Source of the DNA: Macrostomum lignano
Taxonomy: Eukaryota
Assembly: GCA_002269645.1 (NCBI GenBank)
Contig: NIVC01001811.1
Coordinates: forward strand, 434,001 to 498,000
DNA length: 64,000 nt
Direction of reading: 5' to 3'
Shown here: in pieces, positions 53,301 to 64,000 of the stretch
Layout: every line of letters begins with the position of its first letter
Position numbering within the stretch: the first letter of the stretch is position 1
Translations under genes and position numbers: made by a program
Notes under the pieces: model-generated
Told to the model about the DNA's origin: nothing
The model's database searches: none
What the model saw: the letters and a program-made list of their open reading frames with translations, nothing else

Positions 53301-56300
53301 CACTTTCTAGGAATCTGTTCTGATTGCATTCTAACAAACTGAAGCATTCTCGGCACTAAACTTTCTCGGCGGCTCTGAGAGCCAGAGCCTCAAACAGACA
53401 GAGAAATCTGTTCGAGTTGTGTCTGTAGGTTAGGTGGACCAGCTACTCCAAAGCACTTCTAGGCGATAATCCGAGCCAGGAATCTCCGAGAGCCTCTCGT
53501 TACACATCCAGATGTTCTACCTTGATGCTGGACTAGCTCACTTTCTAGGAATCTGTTCTGATTGCATTCTAACAAACTGAAGCATTATCGGCACTAAACT
53601 TTCTCGGCGGCTCTGAGAGCCAGAGCCTCAAACAGACAGAGAAATCTGTTCGAGTTGTGTCTGTAGGTTAGGTGGACCAGCTACTCCAAAGCACTTCTAG
53701 GCGATAATCCGAGCCAGGAATCTCCGAGAGCCTCTCGTTACACATCCAGATGTTCTACCTTGATGCTGGACTAGCTCACTTTCTAGGAATCTGTTCTGAT
53801 TGCATTCTAAAAAACTGAAGCATTCTCGGCACTAAACTTTCTCGGCGGCTCTGAGAGCCAGAGCCTCAAACAGACAGAGAAATCTGTTCGAGTTGTGTCT
53901 GTAGGTTAGGTGGACCAGCTACTCCAAAGCACTTCTAGGCGATAATCTGAGCCAGGAGTCTCCGAGAGACTTTCGTTACACATCCAGATGTTCTGCCTTG
54001 ATGCTGGACTAGCTCACTTTCTAGGAATCTGTTCTGATTGCATTCTAACAAACTGAAGCATTTTCTGCACTAAACTTTCTCGGCGGCTCTAAGAGCCAGA
54101 GCCTAAACAGACAGAGAAATCTGTTCGAGTTGTGTCTGTAGGTTAGGTGGACCACCTTCTGAGAGCCAAAGCCTCAAACAGACTGAGAGAGCTGCTTCAG
54201 TTGTGTCTGTAGGTTATGTGGACCACCTAAGAGCCAGAGCCTCAAACAGACAGAGAAATCTGTTCGAGTTGTGTCTGTAGGTTAGGTGGACCAGCTACTC
54301 CACAGCACTTCTAGGCGATAATCTGAGCCAGGAATCTCCGAGAGCCTCTCGTTACACATCCAGATGTTCTGCCTTGATGCTGGACTAGCTCACTTTCTAG
54401 GAATCTGTTCTGATTGCATTCTAACAAACTGAAGCATTCTCGGCACTAAACTTTCTCGGCGGCTCTGAGATCCAGAGCCTCAAACAGACAGAGAAATCTG
54501 TTCGAGTTGTGTCTGTAGGTTAGATGGACCAGCTACTCCACAGCACTTCTAGGCGATAATCCGAGCCAGGAATCTCCGAGAGCCTCTCGTTACACATCCA
54601 GATGTTCTGCCTTGATGCTGGACTAGCTCACTTTCTAGGAATCTGTTCTGATTGCATTCTAACAAACTGAAGAATTTCTGCACTAAACTTTCTCGGCGGC
54701 TCTGAGAGCCAGAGCCTCAAACAGACAGAGAAATCTGTTCGAGTTGTGTCTGTAGGTTAGGTGGACCAGATACTCCAAAGAACTTCTAGGCGATAATCTG
54801 AGCCAGGAGTCTCCGAGAGACTTTCGTTACACATCCAGATGTTCTGCCTTGATGCTGGACTAGCTCACTTTCTAGGAATCTGTTCTGATTGCATTCTAAC
54901 AAACTGAAGCATTTTCTGCACTAAACTTTCTCGGCGGCTCTAAGAGCCAGAGCCTAAACAGACAGAGAAATCTGTTCGAGTTGTGTCTGTAGGTTAGGTG
55001 GACCACCTTCTGAGAGCCAAAGCCTCAAACAGACTGAGAGAGCTGCTTCAGTTGTGTCTGTAGGTTATGTGGACCACCTAAGAGCCAGAGCCTCAAACAG
55101 ACAGAGAAATCTGTTCGAGTTGTGTCTGTAGGTTAGGTGGACCAGCTACTCCAAAGCACTTCTAGGCGATAATCTGAGCCAGGAGTCTCCGAGAGACTTT
55201 CGTTACACATCCAGATGTTCTGCCTTGATGCTGGACTAGCTCACTTTCTAGGAATCTGTTCTGATTGCATTCTAACAAACTGAAGCATTCTCGGCACTAA
55301 ACTTTCTCGGCGGCTCTGAGAGCCAGAGCCCCAAACAGACAGAGAAATCTGTTCGAGTTGTGTCTGTAGGTTAGGTGGACCAGCTATTCTACAGCACTTC
55401 TAGGCGATAATCTGAGCCAGGAGTCTCCGAGAGCCTCTCGTTACACATCCAGATGTTCTGCCTTGATGCTGGACTAGCTCACTTTCTAGGAATCTGTTCT
55501 GATTGCATTCTAACAAACTGAAGCATTCTCGGCACTAAACTTTCTCGGCGGCTCTGAGAGCCAGAGCCTCAAACAGACAGAGAAATCTGTTCGAGTTGTG
55601 TCTGTAGGTTAGGTGGACCAGCTACTCCAAAGCACTTCTAGGCGATAATCTGAGCCAGGAGTCTCCGAGAGCCTCTCGTTACACATCCAGATGTTCTGCC
55701 TTGATGCTGGACTAGCTCACTTTCTAGGAATCTGTTCTGATTGCATTCTAACAAACTGAAGCATTCTCGGCACTAAACTTTCTCGGCGGCTCTGAGAGCC
55801 AGAGCCTCAAACAGACAGAGAAATCTGTTCGAGTTGTGTCTGTAGGTTAGGTGGACCAGCTACTCCAAAGCACTTCTAGGCGATAATCCGAGCCAGGAAT
55901 CTCCGAGAGCCTCTCGTTACACATCCAGATGTTCTACCTTGATGCTGGACTAGCTCACTTTCTAGGAATCTGTTCTGATTGCATTCTAACAAACTGAAGC
56001 ATTATCGGCACTAAACTTTCTCGGCGGCTCTGAGAGCCAGAGCCTCAAACAGACAGAGAAATCTGTTCGAGTTGTGTCTGTAGGTTAGGTGGACCAGCTA
56101 CTCCAAAGCACTTCTAGGCGATAATCCGAGCCAGGAATCTCCGAGAGCCTCTCGTTACACATCCAGATGTTCTACCTTGATGCTGGACTAGCTCACTTTC
56201 TAGGAATCTGTTCTGATTGCATTCTAAAAAACTGAAGCATTCTCGGCACTAAACTTTCTCGGCGGCTCTGAGAGCCAGAGCCTCAAACAGACAGAGAAAT

Positions 56301-57135
56301 CTGTTCGAGTTGTGTCTGTAGGTTAGGTGGACCAGCTATTCTACAGCACTTCTAGGCGATAATCTGAGCCAGGAGTCTCCGAGAGCCTCTCGTTACACAT
56401 CCAGATGTTCTGCCTTGATGCTGGACTAGCTCACTTTCTAGGAATCTGTTCTGATTGCATTCTAACAAACTGAAGCATTCTCGGCACTAAACTTTCTCGG
56501 CGGCTCTGAGAGCCAGAGCCTCAAACAGACAGAGAAATCTGTTCGAGTTGTGTCTGTAGGTTAGGTGGACCAGCTACTCCAAAGCACTTCTAGGCGATAA
56601 TCTGAGCCAGGAGTCTCCGAGAGCCTCTCGTTACACATCCAGATGTTCTGCCTTGATGCTGGACTAGCTCACTTTCTAGGAATCTGTTCTGATTGCATTC
56701 TAACAAACTGAAGCATTCTCGGCACTAAACTTTCTCGGCGGCTCTGAGAGCCAGAGCCTCAAACAGACAGAGAAATCTGTTCGAGTTGTGTCTGTAGGTT
56801 AGGTGGACCAGCTACTCCAAAGCACTTCTAGGCGATAATCTGAGCCAGGAGTCTCCGAGAGACTTTCGTTACACATCCAGATGTTCTGCCTTGATGCTGG
56901 ACTAGCTCACTTTCTAGGAATCTGTTCTGATTGCATTCTAACAAACTGAAGCATTTTCTGCACTAAACTTTCTCGGCGGCTCTGAGATCCAGAGCCTCAA
57001 ACAGACAGAGAAATCTGTTCGAGTTGTGTCTGTAGGTTAGGTGGACCACCTTCTGAGAGCCAAAGCCTCAAACAGACTGAGAGAGCTGATTCAGTTGTGT
57101 CTGTAGGTTAGGTGGACCAGCTTCTCTACAGCAAT
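50389..57135. repeat. 238-bp satellite array with interspersed about 65-70-bp submonomers and a 2.4-kb higher-order duplication
   Basis: Monomer spacing 53141, 53379, 53617 (238 bp). The diagnostic variant CTAAGAGCCAGAGCCTAAAC at 51671/52523 recurs at 54089/54940 (offset 2417-2418). Confidence 0.97.
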
Positions 57136-57712
57136 TGAGTTGCAGGCCTTGCAGCTAGCTACTTTGAGATCATCAAACGAAACTCACTTTTCTGGACTCG
57201 GTGTCGACGGATTTGCGAGCAGACTGATGATTTTCACCAGGCGATGCGGCTTCTTCGATTTCGCAGTGGCTTTTTGCGACGGTGTTTTTTTAGTTTTTAT
57301 TTTAGGCTTGGCGTCCTTTTTTGCGGGTCATCATATCTTGGTTGTAGATTACAGTTTTTGGCACAATAAATTTATATATGGATGAAACTTGGAGTAAGGA
57401 TTAACATTAGACCTATTAAGTATAAAAAACCGTTCTAATCTATACAATTGCAATCCTTTAGAGTTGTATAGTATGGATTATAAGTACTTTCTTTTAAACT
57501 GTCTGTGTCTGGTCTCACTACGCCATGGTTTACGTGGACCACCCGCTTAGACATTATATATCCCTCTCTCCACTGTCTTACCTTCAGAACGCTTGCGGGT
57601 TTCCTATTGGCTGCGGTCGGTCCCATTGTTGGGGTGGATCTATCCTCCTAAGTGTTAACCAGCCAATTATAGAAAGGGAGGTCTGTCTGTCTGTCTGTTC
57701 CAACCCTATACT

Positions 57713-58878
57713 CCTGCACATGTGTTTACGTGGACCAAACAGACAGTGAGTGTTAGGCTGACTGTTAATGCGTTCTTAGTTTTACTGGGACCGCAATCAA
57801 GTCGACCTTTTGCTAGAGAGTCAGAGACCCGATCGCTAGTTAAAAGGCCCTTCTTAATTGCGTCCTCTTGATCAAATCTTTTGCATGTACATGTATGAAT
57901 TGTCCTTTTCAATTAGGTAAATTGCATCTTCAACTTTGCACTTGAAAGGCTGCAGCTTAGGATCTTCTTCTTCCAAAATTGGAGGAGGATAGAACAGGAT
58001 ATCCCATAGTGTTTAGGATAGAATTGGCAAGCACTTAATTCATGAAGTTGCTATTTTCTTCTTGTGTAATGGTAGAGCCTCAGAAATTCGCATTTACACA
58101 GTGTGGCTATCAAGGACCACTGGGAGTTCTTGAGAAGTCATTGAAGAATACTATTTAGGCTTCACTTAAATATCTTTCTTGTCTCGGAGTCTTTATCGTT
58201 TGATCTGGTTAGCGAATTGGATTTCTTTACGTTGGTGTCTTACTCTGTGAGTCTGTGCTCAGAGTACGATACCGGAATTGCTGGAACTGAGCTAATTAAA
58301 TGGAGTTTAAAGTTTACTGTATCAAATTCATTTCGCATACGAGGTTTCAGAATTTTTAATTAACCTGCGCACCTACTTGAATGTCAAAGAACTGAACGCA
58401 TATTGTTTTAAAGCCAGTAGCGGTCATAATATGATGCCAACATAGCCCTTTGTTCGTAAGGTAATGATCTGTAAAAAATTCAGTTTTGCATTGAATCTAT
58501 GCTTAATAACTGCTATACACAAACAGACACAAACAGACACAAACAGACACAAACAGACACAAACAGACGATTTTCGAAAAATTTTCTAAAATTTTTCGGT
58601 TTACGTGGACCAGACTCGCTCGGTTTAGGTAGACCAGGCTGGAGGTCCAGCTAAACTGAAATGCAAATAACTTTGGCAAAAACCATGCTAGACATCCCAA
58701 AATTGCTTAAGCCTTTCTTGACCCGCCTGACATTAATGTGAGATCCTCATCAACGTCTTAACCCCACCAGAGACAAAATTATTTGGTGGTCCACCTAAGT
58801 GGTCTACCTACACCGGTTGGTCCAGCTAACGAGGCTACTGAACTTCCAAAAAGTCCACGTAAACACACAGACAGTAGA

Positions 58879-58921
<43 letters not shown>

Positions 58922-58929
58922 TGTGCAGG
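57713..58929. mobile_element. Possible non-autonomous inverted-repeat element with a microsatellite-expanded right arm
   Basis: Left CCTGCACATGTGTTTACGTGGAC; right GTCCACGTAAACACA-(CAGA)n-CATGTGCAGG. Confidence 0.5.
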
Positions 58930-59702
58930 CAGGATCAGTGAGGCACAGGTTGCAAACTTCCAGACCCGCATCGCTCTCAGCTGGCATGAATAAACATGAA
59001 CAGCATGCCCGATCCAGAGCTATACTAGAGTTTTTGTCACTAAGGGAACAGCGGGGATCAAACTTAGTGCCCCCAACGGCTCCAAGTTAATCCCTATGAC
59101 TAAATGTTTTTCTTCATTTGTCCATCAATAATACGCTGAATTATCATCATTTTATTATACGACAATATACCTGCTTCAGCGATTGTTGATATCTACTGGA
59201 TAATAATCAATAATCTGCGATAAAGATCCTTGTGAATTTGAGGTTTTCTTCTAATCCGTACGTCAGTCATTGCTATAAAATATAGCAATTGGCTAGCGTT
59301 GCTATGGGATAGCTTGATCAGCTGATTTTGTTTTCTGGCTGAATTAGATGGACTTGTGATCTAAGAGATTGTGGCGCCAACAATCTGGATTACACCCGTT
59401 TATCTTTTCAATTTTTGCAATCCCATTTTCCAGCTGGGCAATATAACGTCAAAATCCCAACGGAGCAATTGTCCCATTTTGATGCCCCCTCCTTCAAAGT
59501 TTTCCACCAGCGGGGGGATTTGGCGGCGGTTGAAGGGGCCGCACAGCGGGGGATGCGAGCTTCTGGTTGGCTGGCTTGAAAGGCGGGCAGATGAGCGACC
59601 CCTGGCTATGTTTTGGGGTTGAAGGTTCTGCTTGGCCGGGTTCTAAGTCGCATGGAGTGCTAAAATAAGCTATCTGGAAAGGAAAGCGTCAGGTTCTGTG
59701 AG

Positions 59703-60058
59703 TGCTAAAAACCCTCACAATTCGGCGCTAAAAAACCTCACAATTTGGCGCTAAAAAAACCCACAATTTGGCGCCAAAAACACCCACAATTCGGCGCCAA
59801 AAACACCCACAATTCGGCGCTAAAAACACCCACAATTTGGCGCCAAAAATACCCACAATTCGGCGCTAAAAACCCTCACAATTTGGCGCCAAAAACACCG
59901 ACAATTCGGCGCCAAAAACACCCACAATTTGGCGCCAAAACACCCACAATTTGGCGCCAAAAACACCCACAATTCGGCGCCAAAAACACCCACAATTGGG
60001 CGCCAAAAACACCCACAATTTGGCGCTAAAAACCCTCACAATTTGACGCTAAAAACAT
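59703..60058. repeat. About 23-bp minisatellite (AATTTGGCGCCAAAAACACCCAC) upstream of FoxC
   Basis: Tandem units about 450 bp 5' of the FoxC ATG. Confidence 0.93.
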
Positions 60059-60499
60059 CAAAAAACTTTTGTTAAAGCGCTCAAAAGATTTGAAATCGAA
60101 TTGTCAAAAGTCATTGTAGAAGTGGCATGAAACAGTTATGTGTTGTATTTATTTTCAATCTTGGCAAAGGCCATTTGAGAGTGAGTTCCTAATGCTCCTT
60201 GAACACAGGAATCCAAGGCACTGTCGAAAAAGACCAAACTTTCGGGGGGAGGTTGGTGCAGCGGAAGCAATAGTCGCGAACAAAGGCGACTTCCCCTACT
60301 TACGGTACGCCTCCCAATGGGAGTTGGACCGCGCCTCTAACTCTCCTACTCCCCTAACCCCCCCCCCCCCCCGGTGTCCCGGCTATGCCTTCAAAGCAGA
60401 AATCTAAGCGGCAGCGGCTGACAAGCGGAATTGTTTTTTAAGAAAACTTGAGAGACACCCTCGGAGCTGTTTGGTATATTTGGATAACTTTGCGGACAC

Positions 60500-63400
60500 A
60501 TGCAGTCAGCCGAGCTGTATCGAGAGAATGTCAGCGCTTGCTGGCATCAGCAGAGCCCAGGCGATTATAACTATCCCAATCAGCGGGGAATAATTCATCG
60601 AGGCGATTTCTGGGACACCAGAGGGACGTTTTACACCCGCGACGAGCAGCCTGCAGCTATAAATTACCCAACAGAAATGCAGCAGCAGCAGAGTCTGCAA
60701 CAAATTGACAGCTATACTCACTGCCACCCCGGCCCAGGTGGCGACAGCCTGCCGTCAGCAGCTCACGGCAAAGAGCTGGTCAAGCCGCCCTACTCTTATA
60801 TTGCACTGATCACCATGGCGATCACAGCCCAGATTGATAAGAAGATTACCTTGAATGGCATCTATCAGTTCATTATGGACAGGTGAGCTGCATGTAGACT
60901 TGTTTAAATGGTTGCATGGGTTTTCAAATAAATCTGGGGCAATTGCAATTGCCCTTCTTTTCTCTATGGGATGTATCTTATTTTTTAGCGCCACAGGCAC
61001 TCATTTTAGCGCCACAAGCACTCATTTTAGCGCCGCAGGCACTCATTTTAGCGCCACAGACACTCATTTTAGCGCCACAGGCACTCATTTTAGCGCCACA
61101 GGCACTCATTTTAGCGCCACAGGCACTCATTTTAGCGCCACAAGCACTCATTTTAGCGCCGCAGGCACTCATTTTAGCGCCACAAGCACTCATTTTAGCG
61201 CCACAGGCACTCATTTTAGCGCCACAGGCACTCATTTTAGCGCCACAGGCACTCATTTTAGCGCCACAGGCACTCATTTTAGCGCCACAGGCACTCATTT
61301 TAGCGCCACAGGCACTCATTTTAGCGCCACAGGCACTCATTTTAGCGCCACAAGCACTCATTTTAGCGCCACAGGCACTCATTTTAGCGCCACAGGCACT
61401 CATTTTAGCGCCACAGGCACTCATTTTAGCGCCACAGGCACTCATTTTAGCGCCGCAGGCACTCATTTTAGCGCCACAAGCACTCATTTTAGCGCCACAG
61501 GCACTCATTTTAGCGCCACAGGCACTCATTTTAGCGCCACAAGCACTCATTTTAGCGCCACAGGCACTCATTTTAGCGCCACAGGCACTCATTTTAGCGC
61601 CACAGGCACTCATTTTAGCGCCACAGGCACTCATTTTAGCGCCACAAGCACTCATTTTAGCGCCACAGGCACTCATTTTAGCGCCACAGGCACTCATTTT
61701 AGCGCCACAGGCACTCATTTTAGCGCCACAGGCACTCATTTTAGCGCCGCAGGCACTCATTTTAGCGCCACAGGCACTCATTTTAGCGCCACAAGCACTC
61801 ATTTTAGCGCCACAGGCACTCATTTTAGCGCCACAGGCACTCATTTTAGCGCCACAGGCACTCATTTTAGCGCCACAGGCACTCATTTTAGCGCCACAGG
61901 CACTCATTTTAGCGCCACAGGCACTCATTTTAGCGCCACAGGCACTCATTTTAGCGCCACAGGCACTCATTTTAGCGCCACAGGCACTCATTTTAGCGCC
62001 ACAGGCACTCATTTTAGCGCCACAGGCGCTATATTTTGGTGCCCTGAAGAAAAATGATTGATTTTCATAACGGGTCACAAGGTGGTGGGGGGGGGGGACA
62101 AAACATTGGCATGTCCCCCCAGAGCTTTTACTGGGGGTGAGGACATGTCCCCCCTTGTCCCCCCTGTCCCCCTCCCGGAGCGACGCCCCTGCCTGCCCCT
62201 CGGTTCACAAAAATTGATGTCTGCAAAAAAGAGCTTTAGACCTTCGCTGGTGGCTTTGGTAAAAAGGCCTGTCTGATGAAAATACGTATAATATGGACTT
62301 GTTAATCCTGAGGAGGGCTGTAGCCTAGTGGTTGGAGCGCGCGGACTCATGACTTGAAGATCGGGGGTTCGATTACCGATCCCACTAAGAACAATGTGTG
62401 TCCCTGAGCAAGACACTTATCTCTGCATTGCTTCAGTTCACCCAGCTGTAAAATGGGTCAATCTTTACAAATGATGAATTTAACAATTTAATCGGGAGTT
62501 AGAAAAATATGAAAAAAAGCTTTGTATTTTTTCCCATCAAACTGTGAAGTGAATTTGAAAAAAATGGAAGTCAAGATGACACCAACCGATCATAAAAAAC
62601 CAATATATTTCATTTGGTTAGAGCTATAAACAAAGAGTTTAACAAAGATAAAAAGAATATGCAGATGACAGATTCAAGATAAAGTTGGATAATATTGGTG
62701 GCTGATCTGTCAGTCTAGAAGCTGGATCAGCTGGGAACATTATAGTTTCCATGGGCAATAATGCCTTCGACATGATGGCTAAAATCAGAGCTGTCTGTCA
62801 ATGCGCCCCATGGGTTGATTTGTTTTTTAGAGATTATAGGCGCTTAGGGGTATTGAGAGAGGCGCTTAGGGGTATTAAGAGAGGCGCTTAGGGGTATTGA
62901 GAGAGGGGTATTGAGAGAGGTATTGAGATTGAGAGAGGGGTATTGAGAGAGGCGCTTAGGGGTATTAAGAGAGGCGCTTAGGGGTATTGAGAAGGGCGCT
63001 AAGGGGTATTGAGAGAGGCGCTTAGGGGTATTAAGAGAGGCGCTTAGGGGTATTGAGAGAGGGGTATTGAGAGAGGTATTGAGATTGAGAGAGGGGTATT
63101 GAGAGAGGCGCTTAGGGGTATTAAGAGAGGCGCTTAGGGGTATTGAGAAGGGCGCTAAGGGGTATTGAGAGAGGCGCTTGGGGGTATTGAGAAGGGCACT
63201 AAGGGGTATTGAGAGAGGGGTATTGAGAGAGGGGTATTGAGAGAGGGGTATTGAGAGAGGGGTATTGAGAGAGGGGTATTGAGAGAGGGGTATTGAGAGA
63301 GGGGTATTGAGAGAGGGGATTGAGAGAGGGGTATTGAGAGAGGGGTATTGAGAGAGGGGTATTGAGAGAGGGGTATTGAGAGAGGCGCTAAGGGGTATTG

Positions 63401-63847
63401 AGAGAGGCGCTTAGGGGTATTAAGAGAGGCGCTAAGGGGTATTGAGAGAGGCGCTTAGGGGTATTGAGAGATTCGCATATAGATAGTGAGATTACTTCAT
63501 TAAGTCATTTTGTTTGATTCCGATTTCCTATTCTTATCACACTACTGCCAACCAACCCATTGTAAGTAGCAAGTTAACCTAAAAAATATATAAAAGAAGA
63601 AAATCTGAATTTTCCCAGGTTCCCCTACTATCGGGAGAACAAGCAGGGCTGGCAGAACTCCATCCGCCACAATCTGTCACTCAACGAGTGCTTCGTCAAG
63701 ATCGCACGCGAGGACAATCGGCCAGGCAAGGGCAGCTTCTGGACGCTGCACCCCGAGGCCTACAACATGTTTGACAACGGCAGCTACTTGAGGCGGAGGC
63801 GCCGTTTCAAACGGAGGCGCCACTCTGCGGACAATCAGAGCAAAAAG
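60500..63847 (+). CDS. FoxC: Forkhead box transcription factor, FoxC subfamily (C-terminus probably continues beyond the window)
   Basis: Exon 60500-60882 ([17 protein letters not shown]...[15 protein letters not shown]) is spliced in phase 2 to the exon starting at 63619 ([27 protein letters not shown]...PGKGSFWTL...[17 protein letters not shown]). Candidate donor at 63848; otherwise the frame reads to a stop at 63973. Confidence 0.92.
60983..62026. repeat. 21-bp minisatellite, about 50 copies (TTTTAGCGCCACAGGCACTCA), in the FoxC intron
   Basis: Highly homogeneous tandem array; all three long ORFs here are repeat artefacts. Confidence 0.98.
62312..62458 (+). mobile_element. tRNA-derived SINE with a CORE/Meta-like central domain
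   Basis: A-box TAGCCTAGTGG (62321), B-box GGTTCGATTACC (about 62366), then GTGTCCCTGAGCAAGACACTT...CAGTTCACCCAGCTGTAAAATGGG resembling the conserved CORE-type SINE domain. Confidence 0.75.
62838..63470. repeat. G-rich compound minisatellite (GGCGCTTAGGGGTATTGAGAGA / GGGGTATTGAGAGA)
   Basis: 22-bp and 14-bp units with duplicated higher-order blocks. Confidence 0.95.
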
Positions 63848-63934
63848 GTGCAAATTATGGATTTTTATTGTTTTCTACACATATCGGTGGGGAATTTATT
63901 TGAAGATCCATCTCACAGCCGAAGCCATGAAGAT

Positions 63935-64000
63935 AAAGTGAGACTTGCTCAAGATGCCATGGACTCAAAGTGAGACTTGCTCAAGATGCCATGGACTCAA
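63935..64000. repeat. 32-bp tandem repeat running off the window end
   Basis: AAAGTGAGACTTGCTCAAGATGCCATGGACTC twice (63935, 63967). Confidence 0.85.

Noticed and set aside
62838-63470. True interstitial telomere
   Set aside because: TTAGGG is a single hexamer within a longer unit, never tandem.
63848-63973. FoxC C-terminus read straight through to the stop at 63973
   Set aside because: The frame turns AT-rich and runs into a 32-bp tandem repeat after a plausible donor, so it is more likely intronic; left unresolved.

Overview
Repeat-rich animal (eukaryotic) genomic DNA: GT-AG spliced GC-rich exons separated by AT-rich introns packed with micro/minisatellites and DNA transposons. The style suggests a free-living flatworm such as Macrostomum, but that is inference only. 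Host genes reconstructed by hand: (1) a complete 13-exon, about 1627-aa thioester-family protein (7460-21211, +) with an LDLa module in the bait region, a dead thioester site (GSAES) and a hydrophobic C-terminus, i.e. Mcr/CD109-like; (2) a FoxC forkhead gene (60500 to >63847, +) with a 2.7-kb repeat-filled intron inside the DNA-binding domain; (3) a PH+PTB IRS/DOK-like adaptor (-, 39454-41518) whose tail has no tyrosine; (4) a small candidate RFamide prepropeptide (-, 34167-34415); (5) a tentative spliced secreted orphan (43478 to about 45960, +). Mobile DNA: an apparently intact, intron-containing Crypton tyrosine recombinase gene (-, 27957-29514) plus two other Crypton remnants, three mariner elements (one a single base from intact), a Harbinger derivative carrying a Myb/SANT ORF, a Merlin transposase fragment, nested MITEs, tRNA-derived SINEs and a LINE RT fragment. 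A 6.7-kb 238-bp satellite with a 2.4-kb higher-order duplication dominates 50-57 kb. All family assignments rest on motif recognition, not database searches.
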